Source of the DNA: Nemertoderma westbladi
Taxonomy: Eukaryota > Animalia > Xenacoelomorpha
Assembly (NCBI GenBank): GCA_032718475.1
Contig: JAUCBJ010004484.1
Span: 1 to 60,729, forward strand
Direction of reading: 5' to 3'
Length of the DNA: 60,729 bases
Part shown: piece after piece, positions 12,727 to 25,992 of the stretch
How positions within the stretch are numbered: the stretch's first letter is position 1
How the letters are laid out: each line of letters begins with the position of its first letter
Position numbers and translations under genes: made by a program
Notes under the pieces: model-generated
The model's input: the letters and a program-made list of their open reading frames with translations, nothing else
Database searches by the model: none
What the model was told of the DNA's origin: nothing

Positions 12727-15700
12727 CAACAACAACAACATCCGGTTTTAGGCCCCATATATATGGCAAACGATAAGTACATACAGTCATCATGATTATG
12801 ATATTTATATACATAAGATACAGTATGTTAATGATTTATCTTGAAAGATCAAGATAGTTTTGAACTAATTCAATACGGGTACGGGCATGTTGGTCAACCT
12901 TGTTAAGAAGGGCGTTGCAATAGGCTAGAGTGAAGTTTTCCCCTGGTGTCATATTTTGGCATGAGGACTTCTCAGCCATTTTTACGCACTGCCTTATTGA
13001 GTACTCGTGGATGGCTAAAGAGCATAGACTTGGAAAGTCGTAGATCCATGCTCCTTCGACATACGATTTGAAAAGTGCACTACTACGGCCGCTACAATGT
13101 TCACATAAAATATTTGTGAATAGGTAGGTTATCTTCCTGTTGCCGGAGTTGAATAATTGGTTGATCAATCTCAGTTGTTTCGCCCTTAGATATAGTTCGG
13201 TGTCGACTTCGAAAAGTCCATAAAGTACTTTAGTTGGAAGACGATTATCTTGTCGAGCTATTGACCTCATTGCCTTTCTGCAGGTTTTGCTGACATTAGA
13301 AATCGTTTCAGTAGATAATGTGGCAGCGCCATATGATATGCTCGGTAGGCAGACGGCTCGCCATATCAGACTTGTTATGTCTAGTGATGCTTCATCTACT
13401 GCTAGACCGCGGTGATTTAGTTGAGAGACATTCTGCCATACTTTTGCTTTAACAATGTTCTCCATCTTATGGGGTTCTGCTGGCAGTGGCAGCCCCATAT
13501 ACATGCAGGATGCTTCTGAACGTAGAGTCAAAACTTCTGATTCCAGATAATCATGTGTGTTCGATTTTCCATTTGTTTCTATAGACAAGAAATGGCATTT
13601 CTTTGTATTCAGTAGCAGGTTGTGGTCCTCAAAGTATTTCGATGCCTTTTCCAGCATTGCGGTCAGGTCTGGTTTAATGTTCGCCAACAGGATAATGTCA
13701 TCAGCATAGCTTATTATGCTATATGATTCTGTACCTATATGTGATCCAAGTTCCGAAGAGCTAATGTCCCTAATTAAATCATATAGGTAAAAGTTGAAGA
13801 GGAGCGGAGATAGGACGCCACCTTGCCGGACCCCCTGTTGTAAACTAAAATTGTCGGTAAAGAGATAACCGCAACTTTTTAGGTAGGCATTCGAGTTGTT
13901 GTAGTACATTTCAAGTGCATCAATGACTGTAGTACAGGCCCCGGCAGATCGTATTTTCCTGAATAGTTTTGGGTATGATACAGTGTCGAATGCAGAGGAT
14001 AAGTCGAGGCTTAAAATGTACATCTGCGAATTGCTGTTTGTGAATTTGTTGATGATGCTGGTTACAGATTGATGTGCCATTTCTGACCCAATTTTTGGTC
14101 TGTACCCGAATTGCAGATCATGGGCTTGCAGTGCAGAAAGTTCGCTTAGTAGTGAGATTTCCCACAGCTTTGCGATTGTCACTATGACGCTTATATTACG
14201 TACTGAAATCGGTTGTGGAACAATTGTCTTGCGTTTTTGAGGTTTTGGAACAGGAGTGGTGATGCTTGTAGTAAACGCGATTGGGCAGATACCATCTCTG
14301 TTTATTTTGTTGAATAAATTTGCGATGAAATCATGCAAAGGTCTTGAAGAAGCGTGTAACAGTGTTTCTGCATTCAGATTGAAAATATCGCTGGCTTTTC
14401 CTCTATTAAGCTTGTTTATATATGCTTCAATCTGTTCTGGGGTGACATCTTGCGGTTGCGCTGGTGTACCTGTTTCTGTGATAGGATTGGCATCATTGTC
14501 AGTGTCATCTCTTCCTGTTTTGAAGTGCTGTACTGTTTGTCTGTAAATTTGTGAGAGCTGGTTTTTGGTGTAAATTTGTTTGTGGTCCTTTGGTTTTACT
14601 TTCCGCCAGAATTGTTTTGTGTTCCTTTTGTTTGTGTCAACTAATGATCTTATATGATCTCCGTATGATCTTTTCAAGAACTTTGTTGTGTTTATTGTGT
14701 GTTTCACATGTTTTTTGTATTTTACATAAGAATGTGGAATATTTTGAGTTGCTGCCTCAGTGATTATAGTTATAAGCGAATCTGTCTTCTCATCCACTGA
14801 CTGATTTCCATTACTGATGAGAGTAAGTTCGGCTCCTATTTGTTCCTTGTAGTGCAGGATTTGGGTTTCAGTCGCACTTCGAAAATGATATCTGATCTCC
14901 TTAGCTTTTTTTCGATTTGGTAACGCTTCACTTTTCTCAATGAGCCTCTCAAGTAATAGGTTAGCCATCACTGGTCTGTGATCAGACATGTTGTGCTTAT
15001 CTTCCCTCAGGACCTTTGTGTGCATTATCTTGCCTGCCCAGGTATTCGGAATATTGATATGATCTATATAACTTGTCCGTATTATGTCTCCTTCCTTGTC
15101 TTTAAAGCTATACGTATGTTTTGCTCCATGGCCGCAGTGACTAAGATCAGCTGCTGTGAGGTCGTATTTCCTCATAATGTTATTTTCAAATATTTTCCCG
15201 AAATCTGAAGGTTTATCTTCGCCTCTTGGATGCATCTCACTGTTAAAGCTTAGAGTGCCATTTATGTCACCAAGAACAATTGTAGGTATATTAATGCTTA
15301 TACATTCTTCTAATAGTGCTGATAAGTTGCCAGTTTCCATAAGATATAGTTCTTTATCTTCTGTTCTTTTGCAATCGGCAGGCATGTATATGTTTATTAT
15401 GGCAAAATCATTCATGGTGAGATTTCGGACAATTGCCCCAGATATACGGTCTGAGTTGCAGGTAAGTGGTGCACAATTTTGAGATATATTATCCCTGATA
15501 AAGATTGCAGTCCCTCCTTCCCCACGAGCACGTTTTTTGTCTTTGAACATTTCTTTTGATATTGTATGTGATATACAAGTATATTCGTCATGTAGCCCAG
15601 TTTCATAAAAATAGAAGTTGGCCTCTCGAGCACCCAGCCAGTGCTCCTGTATAGCTAGGATGTCAGACTAACAGACTGTATTCTAATAATCTATAGGAGC

Positions 15701-15980
15701 TTATCAATAAGCAGCTTGATGCCATCAATGATGGCGATGTCATGAGGTTATGGTAATCGACCAAACTGCTGATTAGGATTAATGAAAAGCCAACCAATCG
15801 CGAAGTGATAGGTTCAATCTCCAGGCCGGACAACTCAAAAAATATTGAGATTGACTTTGAAACTGACCCCAAGGTCGCCTTGAAATAGACCTCAAGGTCA
15901 CCTTGAAATAGACCTCAAGGTCACCTTGAAATAGACCCCAAGGTCACCTTGGAATCAACTTCAATGTCACCTTGAAACTA
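12727..15980 (-). mobile_element. Non-LTR retrotransposon (APE endonuclease + RT), RTE-X-like
   Basis: 904-aa ORF at 12836-15550 with APE motifs (LGDIN, YIDHI, SDHRPV) and RT motifs (QFGYR, LDLSSAFD, GVRQGGVLSP, YADD). The N-terminal DILAIQEHWL motif lies upstream at ~15635-15665, outside the called ORF. (TGT)n tail at ~12727-12740. Confidence 0.9.
15868..15977. repeat. 22-bp tandem repeat (CAAGGTCACCTTGAAATAGACC), ~5 copies, at the LINE 5' end
   Basis: Visible tandem units, each containing the palindrome caaggtcaccttg. Confidence 0.85.
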
Positions 15981-16274
15981 AAGTTTTATCTTGACTAAGA
16001 TTTTCTTGAGGTAGCTGAATTATTATGACACTATATTCCAATAAATAAAGAGCTTTACACCAGAGTCTTACACCACGCAAAATACAAAAAACACATTGAA
16101 CAAATCACAATTTAAATTCCAAGACATGGTGTATTGTAGTGTTCTCACTTGAAAACCAATCAGACGACGAGCATTTTAATTACTTTTATTCAAAATTTCT
16201 GTATTTTTCGTTTAATTTTCGCTCGAGATGTTAATTAATTAATTAATTACGCTGTAAGGTTTGTGTTTCTTTAG

Positions 16275-16463
16275 ATTGTTGGCGGGGATACAACTGTTGT
16301 GTCGTTTGCGATGATTGGTTACGACCGCCAAGTCCTTGGCGATACTATGCTGCCATTGGCGGATACTGACGTTCCAGAAAGACAAACGGTCCCGTCCCCT
16401 GGGCAACTAGCCAGTCTCTCCCAGGACCAAACCAGCTTTGGGAATTTTCCGACATTTTCTAAG
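16275..16463 (+). CDS. CFAP65: CFAP65 internal exon
   Basis: ctttag|ATT GTT GGC acceptor and AAG|gtaggt donor; 189 nt, phase 0; SLSQDQTSFGNFPTFSK. Confidence 0.85.
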
Positions 16464-16523
16464 GTAGGTTATTTTTTATTATACTTTTTATACTTCTAGT
16501 ACTTTAAGACAGAATGTAATAAT

Positions 16524-17400
16524 TAAGGGGGGGGGGGGGGGGGGGGGGGTAGCGCATTTTCTGACCAAAAAGTCTAATTTTTGAAACATATCCTATCTGA
16601 TGCAGAATTTCATGCTGAATCCAAATATGGAAACCGTTTTCCCATATCTTGCTTCGTTTTCGAGATGTCTGGGATAGAAGATACTGGCTCCGATATATCG
16701 TGATATCGGTAAAGGCGATGAAGTTTGGGGTTTGCATTCAATTTCTGCAAATTTTTGTGCTCTGTGGTACCAATTGGATGTCTCCACGTGAAAGAGCACA
16801 AAATTTTAATTGAGAAGGTTTTTTATGATTATTAGACCTACTTGTCAGTTTATAAAACAACTTCAAGTCTCCGTAACAATGACGGGACTCGAATAGGCGA
16901 CTCTGCGCTCTTTGCGGGATTATTCGGAATAGACTTATTGGTCATCGGAGATCTTCAAAATGTATAATCTCCAGTTCTAGTGGTCGTACGGAGTTCGTTT
17001 TGGGCTCATTCGAAAGCTCTTTTCTTAGAGAACAAAGTTACCATTTGTTTTAAGATAAAATGGTTGTGAAGCAACATAACATGCATTTTGGTAAAATATG
17101 CCTTGCAGATTTTGTTCAAGTTATGATTGCTGCAGCTTTTAAGAGTTTGCATGGTAACTTTGTTCTCTGAGAAAATAGCTTTCGAATGAGCCTAACTTCG
17201 TACGACCACTAGAACTGGAGATTATACATTTTGAAGATCTCCGATGAGCGATTAGTCTATTCTGTGTAATCCCGCATAGACCACAGAGTCGCTTAAAGTC
17301 GCTAAACTTCATCGCATTTACCATATTTGGATTCAGAATGAAATTCTGCATCAGATAGGATATGTTTCAAAAATTTCCGAAAAATGTACTTGTTTTAAAA
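16524..17400. mobile_element. Palindromic (foldback/MITE-like) non-autonomous DNA element
   Basis: ~16580-16630 is inverted at ~17320-17372 and ~16920-17040 is inverted at ~17160-17280. Left end is TTAA followed by poly-G. Confidence 0.65.
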
Positions 17401-17448
17401 GGACAACCGAGTGGACTAGATCTACTAATCACATACCCTTTAATATAG

Positions 17449-17652
17449 GTGCGACGTGTTATCCATATTATCAACGTAACCCAAAATCACTATGTGAGTT
17501 TTGAATTCGCCGTCACCTCGTTTCGAACCCTTGATGTCTTGGCTATTGAACCCCCCGTTGGAATTCTAGAACCAGGGGCTTCGCTTCCAATACAACTCAC
17601 ACTAACATCCCGTGGGGACCCGACCTTCTATAACCTCGACGTTCTCTGTGAG
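17449..17652 (+). CDS. CFAP65: CFAP65 internal exon
   Basis: atatag|GTG acceptor and GAG|gtaaat donor; IEPPVGILEPG...PTFYNLDVLCE. Confidence 0.85.
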
Positions 17653-18061
17653 GTAAATTAAATTAAATTAAAAAAATTAAATTATCTTTATTTAAATTAA
17701 TTTTAATTTGAAAATTAGTTATTACATAACCGGATGAATCGTGACCTCCACAAACTTAGCGAATTTATTCATATAATTTAATTATTTTCTTTTCTTTATT
17801 TTTTAATCACATTTCCGGAAAGGAATATTGTCTAAATTTGGATTAAAATAAAATTATCCTAATTTATAAAAAGTAGATTACAGTTGAAACATGAATCAGT
17901 TGGAAGGCAGGAGGGGCACAACTCTTACTCCCAAGGTTTAATACTCCATTATTTAACTCACCAGCTCTACTTTCCTGCTTTATTACCCTAAAATTTTCCC
18001 TCCATATTTCCCCCTCGGTACTCATTACTGGTCCTTTTAAGTTCCCAGTTTTGTTTCCTAG

Positions 18062-18313
18062 GTAACAGATGAGTCAGACAAAGCTCGTTACCTCCAGAAG
18101 TTGTCGGAGTGGGAGGCGGAAGTAGAACGGCAACGGGTTGAGTTCTGCGTTACGGAACGGAACGTTAACGAGCCTGGAGTGGACGAGGAACGCGATATGC
18201 CTTCCGTTCCTCGCGTCGAGAGCTACCGTTCCCCAACTCCGGATTCCAACCTAAACCGATATTTAACTTTGCCCCCCATAAAGAATCGCCCAGTCGACTA
18301 TAAGAAACCAAAA
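18062..18313 (+). CDS. CFAP65: CFAP65 internal exon (coiled-coil region)
   Basis: tcctag|GTA acceptor and AAA|gtgagt donor; WEAEVERQRVEFCVTE...YLTLPPIK. Confidence 0.85.
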
Positions 18314-18484
18314 GTGAGTTGAAATTGGTGTAAATTTTATTAGAAACATTAATTTAAAATTCAATATTTGCTAACTCTAATTTTAATATTAATTTTAAAT
18401 AATGTGAAATTTTAAGTTTATTTTTAAACGAATGAAATTCCAACTAAAAAGATCCTCCACTCTTTTTCCTAAGTTTCCTTGTTT

Positions 18485-18630
18485 CCAATTTATCGACCAG
18501 TTAAGGATGAAAGCATGGGTTGGGCTATGCTGCAGGCAGGGTATAAAGCACTGTGACCAAATAGTCACTAGGGATCGAACCAGGGCCTTCTGATTGGAAA
18601 CCCAGGAATGTTGCCACTAGACCAAAGCGG
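18485..18630 (-). mobile_element. tRNA-derived SINE
   Basis: Minus strand tggtctagtgg (A box) and ggttcgatccc (B box), followed by a body containing tttcatcct...ggtcgataaa. Confidence 0.55.
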
Positions 18631-18708
18631 TTGCTAGTAATTTATTTTGTAATCCTAATCATTTTTTTCTACACATAGAAGACGACAATTATTATTTCAT
18701 CTTTCCAG

Positions 18709-19189
18709 GTGGTAAAACGGGAAACAATGACTGGCACCCCCTTGTGGGACAAGCCGGATCCCCCTACCCCGTATACGCTGCATCTGGGAGTCACTGGGAG
18801 GAGCCACTCCCCCGGGGACCTGTCGGTCTACGGTGCGGAGAGTTCGTGGCACTTCGATACCACGCTAAAGGTAGAAGGAGACGCGATCGCGATGGACAAA
18901 GGGAATGCGACGGACAGCCGACGGCCGTCGGACAGCCACACGCCCCCTGCGGCCTGCGTGGAACTAGAGGTAGACGCCGTCGACTCGGTTCTCTCCCGTC
19001 TCGTTTACGACGTCGTCAACCAGCCGGAATTCCGCGAAGTTCTCGTCGGTATCGCGTCGGAACCGACGCCGTACTTCGCCCAGATGCGTTCCGCGTTCCC
19101 ACCCGGAACGGCTGCCGAGTCGGGGTCCATGGAGGACTGCGGGGGGAGCGATGTTTGTGGGAACGATGACGTCACAGTTGGTGATGACG
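18709..19189 (+). CDS. CFAP65: CFAP65 penultimate exon
   Basis: ttccag|GTG acceptor and G|gtaagt donor (phase 1); WDKPDPPTPYTLHLGVTGRSH and EPTPYFAQ motifs. Confidence 0.85.
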
Positions 19190-19994
19190 GTAAGTCATTG
19201 TTTTATCACTAAGAGTGTATGAAGTGTCCACAAATAAAAAGGGAGAATTAGTTCGTTTTTGGTTAGAAAACTGTCACTCTAACCTGCTCTTTTCCCATAA
19301 TTAGTATCCCCAGAAAAACATACTCTAAAACACGTTTTTTAATTAATACTCTGACTCCCTTCCTTACGAAAATATAGGAATTATATTTCCCGGGTTATAA
19401 TGTAACATTATGTCCGGTATTTGGCCCCTAACAAGGCCAGATTCCGGAGGACATGGTGCTACAGCGGGAAGACCCTTTTAACGCGGCACTGATCCCGTAA
19501 TGTTGGTGAGATAAACACATTATTAACCGACTATCTTTCGTTTTCTCAAACTAAGGCCACAAAATCACAAAATCATTTTACATGTCCACTTTGATAAACG
19601 GCCACTTAGTTGAAGTTCACATACTAAGCGACCACTGGAAAAATTAAATTATTGTGTTAATGTGTTTCCAAATTGAAAAATTAACGTTTATTAAATTATT
19701 TACACCATGTTAGTACGAATTTTCTTTAATTAAAAGGCAAGATAAAGTACCTTCCAGGTTTATTTATATTCCTTCTTAAAGTTAAAATCCGCGCAGCTCT
19801 GATTTTAAAATTTATCTCACTGTAATGATATAAAGTGTTAGATTATATCTCTTGAAATGTATTTTTTATTTTTATAAATTAATCATACATCCTTTATTAC
19901 TTTACATCCCACAATTAATTAATTAATCATTATATTTTATTTACTCTACTATTCATATAATTTTATTTTTTTCCAATAAATAATTTAAATAAAC

Positions 19995-20286
19995 TTATAC
20001 TATATGAATTCTACCAGCTGTTTGGCCTTTGGCATGTAAAACACTTGCCCAGAATGCCCGATAGGTGGCGCTACCGGTGACCTCGTTCTGTAGGGCGGGG
20101 TTCCTACGCATTGTGTGCGTCGCGAACCCCCCTTTGCCCTTCACGTCGGTGTCTACAATGTGCGTGTTGCCCAGCGACGGATCCGATATGAGTATACCTT
20201 GAGTTCCGTCGAATCCGATGGTATGTGCAGCGATGGCGGCGCAGGCCATTGTGTTTACGTTGTTTGGGGCCAAAACGCACAACTCC
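19995..20286 (-). CDS. ASPDH: Aspartate dehydrogenase domain-containing protein, exon 2
   Basis: tttacag|G GAG TTG completes the AGG codon. Peptide LCVLAPNNVNTMACAAIAA...GFDG...RRNPA...VTGSATY..FWAS, ending in TAA. Confidence 0.9.
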
Positions 20287-20589
20287 CTGTAAACAAGTAT
20301 AAAAATAATATCTGAAAATATAAAACCTACGAGTCAAATTCGAATACGAGTGAGAGATGCTGGGTGTTTTGTTAAGAATCTGTATTTTGAATACGACATT
20401 TCAGGTAGGCCTACTGTTTTGTGTTTTGGTTTGGAGCATGTGCTACTATTTAGGCAATTTAATAAACCAAATCTCTATAAATGTCCGTTTTTAGAAATTT
20501 GCAACGACTGTCTCATCTTAGTACCTACTGTAGTAGTTAAGCTGTTAAAATTATGAATTTTCTGATCATGATCTGCTCGCATAAGTTGC

Positions 20590-20750
20590 AGAGATGACTG
20601 ACCCAGTAACATAGCGCCCCCAGATCTCGCGGTCAGCCATACACTTCCCCAGTTCATCCATATTCTCAAGTCCTGTGTCGTTGAGTAAGCATTTAAGGAA
20701 ACTCATTGGATGTCCAGTTCACCCCTCCTATTCACACCAGCAGGCTACTG
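20590..20750 (-). mobile_element. Degenerate RTE LINE 3' fragment in the ASPDH intron
   Basis: Translates as GHPMSFLKCLLNDTGLENMDELGKCMADREIW, similar to the RTE C-terminus GQPMTFLRRILKDTGLEDADDL. Confidence 0.65.
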
Positions 20751-21339
20751 CAGCTCAAGGTTATGTATTATATGCACTCTGGAGTCCCGAATAAACGTGG
20801 TGGGTGGGTGCGGAATAAACGGGGTGGGTGGAAAATTTTTGAAAACTTAGGCCTAGTTACTTAACATACTGTATAGGAGTACAGATACAGTAGTACCTAC
20901 GGCTACCGGTGGTATACTCGGTACACGGTTTTTGTTTTCTTTCACTTTCAACTCTCAATTATTATGAAAACAAACGTTTATTTAGAACCGTTTATAGCCG
21001 AAGTTTATATACCGAACAAACGTTTATAGGTAACGTTTTGCACCCAATACAGCACCTTGGAGCAGTTCAGACTCCACTGCAGAAAAACTAGTGATAGAAA
21101 ATATCGTGAACGAATAATATCTTTCGTTTAGAGGTTTTTGTAAATTGAAGTGAGTGCAAGTGTTGTTTGTTTTTGATAAAAAGATATGATGAACAATGCA
21201 TTGGACACCTTTCGCGGTAAAATTGTGTTCGAACCAATGGAGGCTTATGCTATCTCATTGCTAAACTCTCGAGCTAATTTTTGTAAAAGATCAACTTTTT
21301 ACGGGTGTAAATGTTACGGTTAAGCTGATACGCTTGTGT

Positions 21340-21530
21340 TCATATATGCGAGCATTTATGAGTGCATATATGCGAGCATGTATGCGTGCATATATGCGTG
21401 CATGCATATATAAGTGCATGTAAGCATGCATATATTCGTTCATATGTACATGCATATATGCTCATATACTTGCACCTGTATGCACATATGCTTGGACGAA
21501 TATGCATGCATGTATGCACATATGCATGCA
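21340..21530. repeat. Degenerate (ATGC/ATAT) low-complexity microsatellite
   Basis: Alternating purine/pyrimidine tract gcatatatgc... Confidence 0.8.
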
Positions 21531-21589
21531 CCTGATTGATTATGCGTAACATTTATGCCCGCTGTTTGCCTTCCCAAACACTGTAGCTA

Positions 21590-23403
21590 TTAGCTAGGTA
21601 TTAAACCACCATTATTGGTATGTCCATCATATAGCAACACTAGGAATTAAACCAACCTTATTGGCCGCCCATCATATAGCAACACTAGGAATTAAACCAA
21701 CCTTATTGGTCCATCATATAGCAACACTAGGTATTAAACCAACCTTATTGGTCCATCTTATAGCACCACTAGGTATTAAACCAACCTTATTGGTCCATCA
21801 TATAGCAACACTAGGTATTAAACCAACCTTATTGGCCCATCATATAGCACCACTAGGTATTAAACCAACCTTATTGGTCCATCATATAGCAACACTAGGT
21901 ATTAAACCAACCTTATTGGCCCATCATATAGCACCACTAGGTATTAAACCAACCTTATTGGCCGCCCATCATATAGCAACACCAGGAATTAAACCAACCT
22001 TATTGGTCCATCATATAGCAACACTAGGTATTAAACCAACCTTATTGGCCGCCCATCATATAGCAACACCAGGAATTAAACCAACCTTATTGGTCCATCA
22101 TATAGCAACACTAGGTATTAAACAAACCTTATTGGCCCATCATATAGCAACACTAGGTATTAAACCAACCTTATTGGCCGCCCATCATATAGCAACACCA
22201 GGAATTAAACCAACCTTATTGGTCCATCATATAGCAACACTAGGTATTAAACCAACCTTATTGGCCCATCATATAGCACCACTAGGTATTAAACCAACCT
22301 TATTGGTCCATCATATAGCAACACTAGGTATTAAACCAACCTTATTGGCCCATCATATAGCACCACTAGGTATTAAACCAACCTTATTGGTCCATCATAT
22401 AGCAACACTAGGTATTAAACCAACCTTATTGGCCGCCCATCATATAGCAACACTAGGTATTAAACCAACCTTATTGGCCGCCCATCATATAGCAACACTA
22501 GGTATTAAACCAACCTTATTGGTCCATCATATAGCAACACTAGGTATTAAACCAACCTTATTGGTCCATCATATAGCAACACCAGGAATTAAACCAACCT
22601 TATTGGTCCATCATATAGCAACACACTAGGTATTAAACCAACCTTATTGGCCCATCATATAGCAACACTAGGTATTAAACCAACCTGATTGGCCGTCCAT
22701 CATATAGCAACACTAGGAATTAAACCAACCTTATTGGTCCATCATATAGCACCACTAGGTATTAAACCAACCTTATTGGTCGCCCATCATATAGCACCAC
22801 TAGGAATTAAACCAACCTTATTGGCCGCCCATCATATAGCAACACTAGGAATTAAACCAACCTTATTGGCCCATCATATAGCAACACTAGGAATTAAACC
22901 AACCTTATTGGCCCATCATATAGCAACACTAGGAATTAAACCAACCTTATTGGTCGCCCATCATATAGCAACACTAGGAATTAAACCAACCTTATTGGTC
23001 CATCTTATAACAACACTAGGAATTAAACCAACCTTATTGGTCCATCATATAGCAACACTAGGAATTAAACCAACCTTATTGGTCCATCATATAGCAACAC
23101 TAGGTATTAAACCAACCTTATTGGCCGCCCATCATATAGCAACACCAGGAATTAAACCAACCTTATTGGTCCATCATATAGCAACACTAGGAATTAAACC
23201 AACCTTATTGGCCGTCCATCATATAGCAACACTAGGTATTAAACCAACCTTATTGGCCGCCCATCATATATCACCACTAGGAATTAAACCAACCTTATTG
23301 GTCCATCATATAGCACCACTAGGTATTAAACCAACCTTATTGGTCTTTCATATAGCACCACTAGGTATTAAACCAACCTTATTGGTCCATCATATAGCAC
23401 CAC
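21590..23403. repeat. 42/45-bp minisatellite (~40 copies) overlapping the ASPDH exon-1 donor site
   Basis: Unit ccatcatatagca(a/c)cactagg(t/a)attaaaccaaccttattgg(t/c), with an optional 3-bp insert. The last unit is the exon end. Confidence 0.97.
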
Positions 23404-23901
23404 TCTCTTATGCTCGTCTAATTTTTCCTTCAACGGCGAATTTAGTTTAAAACAAGATGGATGCTTAGTCATAGCAATGCTCAACGACTGCAACCAATCA
23501 GCGTCGGCCATCGCCTGTATATCATTAGCACCCCATAGCGCCCCTCTGGCTATGTAGCAAGCGTGGACACTATTGGTTAGTTTATTGCGGAATAACCGAT
23601 CGAAATATTCATCCGCGAATGCAGTAGGACTCCCAACCAGTAAGTCAGCATGTTCTATAAATTGCGTCCCGTATTGCTGTACTACAGTGGGATGACAAAC
23701 CTCCACAATCAAATCAACATTAATGGTCGCGAAATTTTCTATATCACAGAGTACTTGGTCTTTGGGTATCTGCCGTACTTTATCTGGTGTTCTGTTCCAT
23801 ACGTATCCAATCTCCCATTGGTCGCTATGCTCACTCAGTTTCCTGTATAAGTATTGTCCTAATCGGCCGTAACCGATAATACCAACACGAGTTTTTGGCA
23901 T
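23378..23901 (-). CDS. ASPDH: Aspartate dehydrogenase domain-containing protein, exon 1
   Basis: ATG start; Rossmann motif VGIIGYGRLG, VWNRT, DLIVEVCHP, GSPTA, GALWG, MTKHP, VLYDGPIR; AG|gttggt donor (phase 2). Confidence 0.92.
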
Positions 23902-25696
23902 GTTGAATCGATATTTTTTTATTTATTAATAATTATTATGTTAAAGGTCTTCAGAAAATAATAAAACTTATCAGAAATTTAAAGAATTTAAATAGATTTC
24001 AGTCAAAACCTAGACTATCATAAGGACTAGTAAATCATTAGGAAAGTATTATTTTCCAGCTTTACGACAATTCCCTAATAATTTGACCTTCAATTTTGGA
24101 TTAATTCATCCTCAAAATTTAGAATAAAAGTTTATGTTCTAAAATATAAATAGCAACAATTAGATATCACGTAGACCCTAGGATTTTTAACTTTTCCAAA
24201 CCAGTTATAATTAGTTAGAATCCAAAAATTATATAGAACTTTTTTAAAATATAGCTAACATTTTCTTAACATTAATCCAAAATTGATGATAACTAGCTGG
24301 TATGAAAAAAAAATGAAAAAAATGTTGTAAATACAAACTTTATTAAGATATTGGTACTCGTTCGCCACGTCTTAAGTTGGTACTAAATCAATGCAATCCT
24401 ATGGGTTACTTTTTTCCCAAGGGAAAAAAGTGCACCGTTTTCTCAGATTTTGGTCTAATATTGAGCGAAAAATTAACAATTTTAGAATAAATTTTTTTTA
24501 TGGCAGCTACTATTTTTCAAAATTGTACCGGTAGCTATTTAAAAAGTTTTATAAAAAGTATTCTTCTGCTAAAAAGTATTCTTTTGCTAATTCTAGATTA
24601 TTTTTGCAATTTCAATATAGCTAAATTAATTTTCAACAGAAACAAAATTGCCCGCAAACATAAACATAAAAAAAACACAAGCTATGTACCATAAAACAAG
24701 CTATGTACCATAAAACAAGCTATGTAATAAATAAAACAACCAAATTAAGTAATTAATATTTAGCTGGGCATTACTATGTTATGGGTACCCACTTTTTGAC
24801 CAATTTGTTCATATGAAAATGGTTCTACTGTATCATGAGGTTTTTTGTTCTAGAACAAATAATTTACCTTCTGACAGTAAGATGGTAGCTAGTGATTTTT
24901 ATTTTGTGTTAGCCAGTACTTTTTAATAGCCATTAAATAATGGTATGGATAGCAGGTGTCTTTAAATTGCTTTTTGTATCGATTTCTATTTTGTATTAAA
25001 AGTGTCCAATCGCTATTCCAGTGACGTCAATTATAAATCCGTTAATAAAAGGGAAATTTGTATAATAAAATTATTGCGGGTAGAGGTACCCACCCATATG
25101 TAGGCCTACTAATAAATGTCAATTTCAGCCCAACAGGCACCCCATTTGGCAGGCTGAACACCCCATTAATCCAATATCCTGCCACCCACCCTACCATCCC
25201 CATTGTTCTACAGTCTTAATGAGTTGGTATTTAATTTGAAACGTTAAAAAATTGTTGTTACAAGCAATTGAGTATGTCTCTCTCTCCATAGACAACCATT
25301 CTTTGAGTCGTTATTGTTTTGTTGGTTCCCCAAAGGGAATTAAGGAATTTTACAAGAATCCTTTGAAATATATTTAAAAAATTTGAGTTACCCAGGAAAA
25401 GTCGTCAGTAGTGTGGATTGTGAACAGAGGTAATTAATTACAGTAGTACCGGTATACCTAGCTATTTCATATCTTTCTAACTATTAGATGTATTGAATTA
25501 ATAAATACTCTTAAATCTGTTAGTATTCAAATGACGTCATATACCAATACAATAAACCAATAAAAAGGAAATTCATGATGCTCTTGAACATTTATACAAT
25601 TATTGTAATAAGAACAAGTTATCGGTTAACATTAAGAAGACTAAGATTATGAAATTCAGGAGAGGAGGCCGACTGATAAAGGATGACGTATTTTAC

Positions 25697-25992
25697 TACG
25701 GTGGAACAAAGCTAACTGTTTGTAATACGGTGGAACGAAGCTAACTGTTTGTAATACGGTGGAACGAAGCTAACTGTTTGTAATACGGTGGAACGAAGCT
25801 AACTGTTTGTAATACGGTGGAACGAAGCTAACTGTTTGTAATACGGTGGAACGAAGCTAACTGTTTGTAATACGGTGGAACGAAGCTAACTGTTTGTAAT
25901 ACGGTGGAACGAAGCTAACTGTTTGTAATACGGTGGAACGAAGCTAACTGTTTGTAATACGGTGGAACGAAGCTAACTGGAACTGTTTGTAA
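25697..25992. repeat. 29-bp minisatellite (TACGGTGGAACGAAGCTAACTGTTTGTAA), ~10 copies
   Basis: Near-perfect tandem units with no spacers. Confidence 0.95.

Noticed and set aside
14256-15482. Plus-strand ORFs overlapping the LINE, and similar shadow ORFs over CFAP65, BTBD16 and the RTE
   Set aside because: Antisense or alternate-frame shadows of real coding sequence, mostly with non-ATG starts.
21661-23450. His-rich repeat ORFs (HHIATLGIKPTLL)n
   Set aside because: Antisense translation of the 42-bp array derived from the ASPDH splice junction; no credible ATG or splice context.
25697-25992. CRISPR-like 29-bp repeats (likewise the 31-bp array at 55617-56781)
   Set aside because: Units are directly adjacent with no unique spacers, there are no cas genes, and the context is eukaryotic.
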